Part shown: piece after piece, positions 36,580 to 41,237 of the stretch | How the letters are laid out: each line of letters starts with the position of its first letter | Numbering within the stretch: position 1 is the stretch's first letter | DNA from: Chiloscyllium plagiosum | Taxonomy: Eukaryota | Direction of reading: 5' to 3' | DNA length: 41,237 bases | Assembly (NCBI RefSeq): GCF_004010195.1 | Contig: NC_057720.1 | Location: 1,137,700 to 1,178,936, forward strand | The notes under the pieces: generated by a model | What the model was told of the DNA's origin: nothing | The model's database searches: none | The model's input: only the letters and a program-made list of their open reading frames with translations | Made by a program: the position numbers and the translations under genes

Positions 36580-37984
36580 AGATCTCCTCTGAACCCTTTC
36601 CAAAGCTTCCACATCCTTCCTATAATGCGGTGACCAGAACTGTACACAATACTCCAAGTTCCGGCCGCACCAGAGTTTTGTACAGCTGCAGCATGACCTC
36701 ATGGCTCCAAAACTCAATCCCTCTGCCAATAAAAACTAACACACCGTATACCTTCTTAACAACCCTGTCAATCTGGTTGGCAACTTTCAGGGATCTACGT
36801 ACATGGTCACCGAGATCTCTCTGCTCGTCTACCCTACCAAGAATCTTACCATTAGCCCAGTACTCTGTATTCCTGTTACTCTTTCCAAAGTGAATCACAT
36901 GTTTTGCATAAAACTCTATTTGCCACCTCTCAGCCCAGCTCTGCAGCTTACCTATGTCCCTCTGTATCCTGCAACATCCTTCCGCACTGTCCACACTCCA
37001 CCGACTGTAGTATAGTCTGCAAATTTACTAACCCACCTTCTACACCTACATCCAGGTAATATATAAAAATGACAAACAGCAGTGGCCCCAAAACAGATCT
37101 TTATGGTACCCCACTAGTAACTGAACTCCAGGATGAATATTTCCCATGAACCACCACCCTCTGTCTTCTTTCAGCTAGCCAATTTCTGATCCAAACCGCT
37201 AAATCAACCTCAAACCCATGCCTCTATATTTTCTTCAATAGCCTACCGTGGGGGATCTTATCAAACATTTTACTGAAGTGATTAAACTTGTGTTCCCTTC
37301 ACGATAGAAGGCTGATGGGTTTATAACCTGGTTTCTTAAGCATTTGGTTATGTAAATAGAGAGGAGTAAGGAATTCATTGTGGAGCATAATCTGAGCCAG
37401 ACCACTGGCCACAAAGAGGCCATGGAAATCTGGAGCAGTCTGCTCAATAAGGTCATGACTCATCTGGTCATTATTAATCCCACTTTCCTGCCTTTTCCTC
37501 ATAACCCTCAATTCTCTGAGTGATTAATAATCGCGCTCTCTCAGTCGTGAATACTCTTAATGAGCCAGCCTTGACAGCCCTCTGTATTAACGGATTTCAC
37601 AAATACAGCCCCACCCCCGCCACCCGCCACCAATCTGAAAGTAAACATTTCCCTACCTCACTGACTGAAACAGGAGACCCTGTAATTCTGAGATGGTGCC
37701 CTCTAGTCCCACAGAGTCCCACATGGAGAAACCACCTCTCAGCATCGGCCCTGTTTAGATTCGAATAGATTTTATTGTCATGTGCACCTGAGTACAGCAG
37801 TGCAGTGAAAAGGGAACACAGTCACCACTCTCTGGTGACATCTAGAATAAAGTAGTTAGAATTCAAGACAAGAGCAGAAATTAAAGAAACAGAGCAAGAG
37901 GAAAACAAAATGACTCGATCACCCTCACTGACGCGAAGCGCTTTGAACCAGGCTCACCAACATCACAGTGCCACGACCTCAGAT

Positions 37985-39612
37985 CCTGCACCTCACTGCC
38001 ACCTGTACCTCACTGCCACCTGTATCTCACTGCCACCTGCACCTCACTGCCGCCTGTACTTTACTGCCACCTGCACCTCACTGTCACCTGTATCTCACTG
38101 TCACCTGTATCTCACTGCCACCTGTATCTCACTGCCACCTGTACCTCACTGTCACCTGTATCTCACTGCCACCTGCACCTCACTGTCACCTGTATCTCAC
38201 TGTCACCTGTATCTCACTGCCACCTGTATCTCACTTTCACCTGTACCTCACTGTCACCTGTATCTCACTGCCACCTGTATCTCACTGTCACCTGTATCTC
38301 ACTGTCNNNNNNNNNNNNNNNNNNNNNNNNNNNNNNNNNNNNNNNNNNNNNNNNNNNNNNNNNNNNNNNNNNNNNNNNNNNNNNNNNNNNNNNNNNNNNN
38401 NNNNNNNNNNNNNNNNNNNNNNNNNNNNNNNNNNNNNNNNNNNNNNNNNNNNNNNNNNNNNNNNNNNNNNNNNNNNNNNNNNNNNNNNNNNNNNNNNNNN
38501 NNNNNNNNNNNNNNNNNNNNNNNNNNNNNNNNNNNNNNNNNNNNNNNNNNNNNNNNNNNNNNNNNNNNNNNNNNNNNNNNNNNNNNNNNNNNNNNNNNNN
38601 NNNNNNNNNNNNNNNNNNNNNNNNNNNNNNNNNNNNNNNNNNNNNNNNNNNNNNNNNNNNNNNNNNNNNNNNNNNNNNNNNNNNNNNNNNNNNNNNNNNN
38701 NNNNNNNNNNNNNNNNNNNNNNNNNNNNNNNNNNNNNNNNNNNNNNNNNNNNNNNNNNNNNNNNNNNNNNNNNNNNNNNNNNNNNNNNNNNNNNNNNNNN
38801 NNNNNNNNNNNNNNNNNNNNNNNNNNNNNNNNNNNNNNNNNNNNNNNNNNNNNNNNNNNNNNNNNNNNNNNNNNNNNNNNNNNNNNNNNNNNNNNNNNNN
38901 NNNNNNNNNNNNNNNNNNNNNNNNNNNNNNNNNNNNNNNNNNNNNNNNNNNNNNNNNNNNNNNNNNNNNNNNNNNNNNNNNNNNNNNNNNNNNNNNNNNN
39001 NNNNNNNNNNNNNNNNNNNNNNNNNNNNNNNNNNNNNNNNNNNNNNNNNNNNNNNNNNNNNNNNNNNNNNNNNNNNNNNNNNNNNNNNNNNNNNNNNNNN
39101 NNNNNNNNNNNNNNNNNNNNNNNNNNNNNNNNNNNNNNNNNNNNNNNNNNNNNNNNNNNNNNNNNNNNNNNNNNNNNNNNNNNNNNNNNNNNNNNNNNNN
39201 NNNNNNNNNNNNNNNACTGCCGCCTGCACCTCACTGCCGCCTGCATCTCACTGCCGCCTGTACTTTACTGCCGCCTGTACTTTACTGCCGCCTGCACCTC
39301 ACTGCCACCTGTATCTCACTGCCACCTGCACCTCACTGCCGCTTGTACTTTACTGCCACCTGCACGTCACTGCCACCTGCACGTCACTGGCACATGTGTC
39401 TCACTGCCACCTGTACCTCACTGCCACCTGTACCTCACTGCCACCTGTACCTCACTGCCACCTGTACCTCGCTGCCTCCTGTACCTCACTGTCACCTGTA
39501 CCTCATTGCCACCTGCGTCTCATTGCCACCTGCGTCTCACTGCCACCTGTACTTTACTGCCACCTGCACGTCACTGCCACCAGTACCTCACTGTCACCTG
39601 TACCTCACTGCC
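37985..39612. repeat. 17-bp minisatellite (CCTCACTGCCACCTGTA)n spanning an assembly gap
   Basis: Period 17 measured (37991, 38008, ...); present on both sides of the 38307-39215 gap. Confidence 0.95.
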
Positions 39613-39656
39613 TCATCTGTGCCAGACCCATCAGTGCTGAAGGTGTCACTACTTGG

Positions 39657-39873
39657 TAAAAACAATGACTGCAGATGCTGGAAACCAGATTCTGGATCAG
39701 TGGTGCTGGAAGAGCACAGCAGTTCAGACAGCATCCAAGGAGCAGCGAAATCGACGTTTCAGGCAAAAGCCCTTCATTCCTGATGAAGGGCTTTTACCCG
39801 AAACGTTGATTTTCCTGCTCCTCGGATGCTGCCTGAACTGCTGTGCTCTTCCAGCACCACTAATCCAGAATCT
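39657..39873. mobile_element. Fold-back Penelope-derived mini-element with hammerhead-like core
   Basis: Inverted arms agattctggatcagtggtgctggaagagc / gctcttccagcaccactaatccagaatct; CTGATGA at 39780-39786. Confidence 0.82.
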
Positions 39874-40462
39874 TTTCACTTGTTAACCTCCACCAGTAAA
39901 TCACCGATGTTTTCCAACTGAGTAATTTCTGTTCAAAGCCTGTTAAGGGAAATGCAACCTATCACAGGGGAGAGAGAGAGAGAGAGAGGGAGGGGGCTGG
40001 ATCAAAATGGAGTGAGACAGGGAGAGGAAAAAGGCCACACTGTGGTGCCCACCTCCTGCTGAAGGTACTGAGGCTGTCGGTGGACACTACAAGCTCTCTC
40101 TCTGAGGACACCTTGGCACAAACAGTCAGCAGCTGTGCCCCCCCCCCCCCTTAAAAAAGGCGTTTCATTGGCATGCTCAAAAAACCATGGTCTTTTTCAA
40201 AACCAGGTTCCAATTAATGATCTAATTAAATGGCAGTGGGACAGGTCGAAGGGGCCAAGTGTTCTCGTGAGCAATGAACATGAACGAGTGAATCAGTGCT
40301 GATTTCCTGAATGTTTATAACTAAGTTATGTGAAAATCCTCTTTGCATTTTAACGTGAGCCACCCTGACTGAATCTTTCCCCTTGGTGGGAGAGTACCTG
40401 TTATTTCTCACGCTGGTAATTTGTATCTTTGTTCTCCCTCTGTGTCCCATCAGAGGCTTTAC

Positions 40463-40855
40463 CTGATGATCTCTGCATGTCACGATGAGAGGGTATTGTT
40501 CTGAACGTGTGTACCAGCCTGCAGCGCTGGCACACAAAACATTCCTCCCCTGAGGACTGCCTCCTGGCTTGGTGTAGGAAATCCAGATGTTGTTGGTGAA
40601 CCCTCTGCTGGCTGCTTGCTTTCCTGGAATTGAGATTAGCCATCCCCTGTTGAAAGAGTTTGGGATGATTGATAGAACTTGCTGTTGGTTTGGCCTCGCC
40701 CTCTCTCTCCCTAATGCGATAGCGAGGAACCCTCTGAAAAGCACCTTCTCTTTCACGACCAGCTTCTACTCCAGCTGCTTGGCCATTGGTCTGTCTTGAT
40801 TTCATTCGTTTGTTGTACAGGAGAGTTGCTACTGTGACTGTGAGGCACACAGCTC
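40463..40855 (-). CDS. LRRC53: Penultimate coding exon of nested antisense gene, probably LRRC53 (end of transmembrane helix GAVCLTVTVATLLYNKR and start of cytoplasmic tail)
   Basis: Minus-strand ttgcag|GA GCT GTG acceptor and TCAG|gtaaag donor; 393 bp, phase 1 to phase 1, no stops; hydrophobic stretch followed by basic residues; splices in frame to the 30040-32393 exon; position matches the recalled human LRRC53-in-TNNI3K arrangement. Confidence 0.78.
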
Positions 40856-41237
40856 CTGCAATTGATCACAATATCAAATTAGAAGGAGCTTATAGAGAAT
40901 GCAATATGCAAAGCAATAGGACAGAGTGGCAGCAGATCGGGTCTGGTCGATTCATTGAGAAGGAGCTCACTCATGATAAAGAAGCAAGTTAGTGGAGAAT
41001 GGTGGGGAGGTGCAGGAAATTCCTGAAGTTTAGAGCTTCAGTGTCAGATGTTACAGATATCGGTAACAGTTCCGAAAAGGTGAATTACGCAGATCTCTGG
41101 AAGATTGAGGAGATTCCAGAGATGGGAGCGTTAAAGACATGGAGGGATGTGAACTCGAGCGTGAGCATTTTAAACAGAAACTCTTGGGTGAACTGTGAGC
41201 CAGTGTAGCTCAGTAAACATTGGGGGTGGAGTGGGGA

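Larger units (their letters stand above)
35552..37280 (-). mobile_element. CR1 LINE (same family as 4440-5053) interrupted by two SINEs
   Basis: [34 protein letters not shown]; 3' tail tagaacatag. Confidence 0.9.

Noticed and set aside
37910..39783. Long Cys/His-rich ORFs resembling metal-binding proteins
   Set aside because: Artefacts of a stop-free 17-bp repeat plus an N gap; open in several frames.
40226..40756. 176-aa minus-strand ORF
   Set aside because: Alternative frame overlapping the better-supported exon; not phase-compatible with the acceptor at 40855.

Overview
Eukaryotic (vertebrate) genomic DNA, most likely a cartilaginous fish, judging by HE1-type SINEs, CR1/HER1-type LINEs and abundant Penelope fragments. 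It has three assembly gaps (3940-4439, 23377-24053, 38307-39215). The + strand carries five consecutive GT-AG coding exons of the cardiac kinase TNNI3K (HRDLN, DFG and APE motifs; 105, 53, 53, 133 and 110 bp, splicing in frame). The long intron that follows (15930 to the window end) holds two phase-compatible coding exons of a nested antisense gene (40855-40463 and 32393-30040), best explained as the 3' half of LRRC53. The rest is mostly decayed and often nested transposable elements: CR1 LINEs, SINEs, solo LTRs, one Tc1/mariner-type MITE and many Penelope-like fragments whose termini carry a minimal hammerhead-ribozyme core, several as fold-back mini-elements. There are also two minisatellites and a TTAGGG-like array. 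Family names and human comparisons come from recall, not from database searches.
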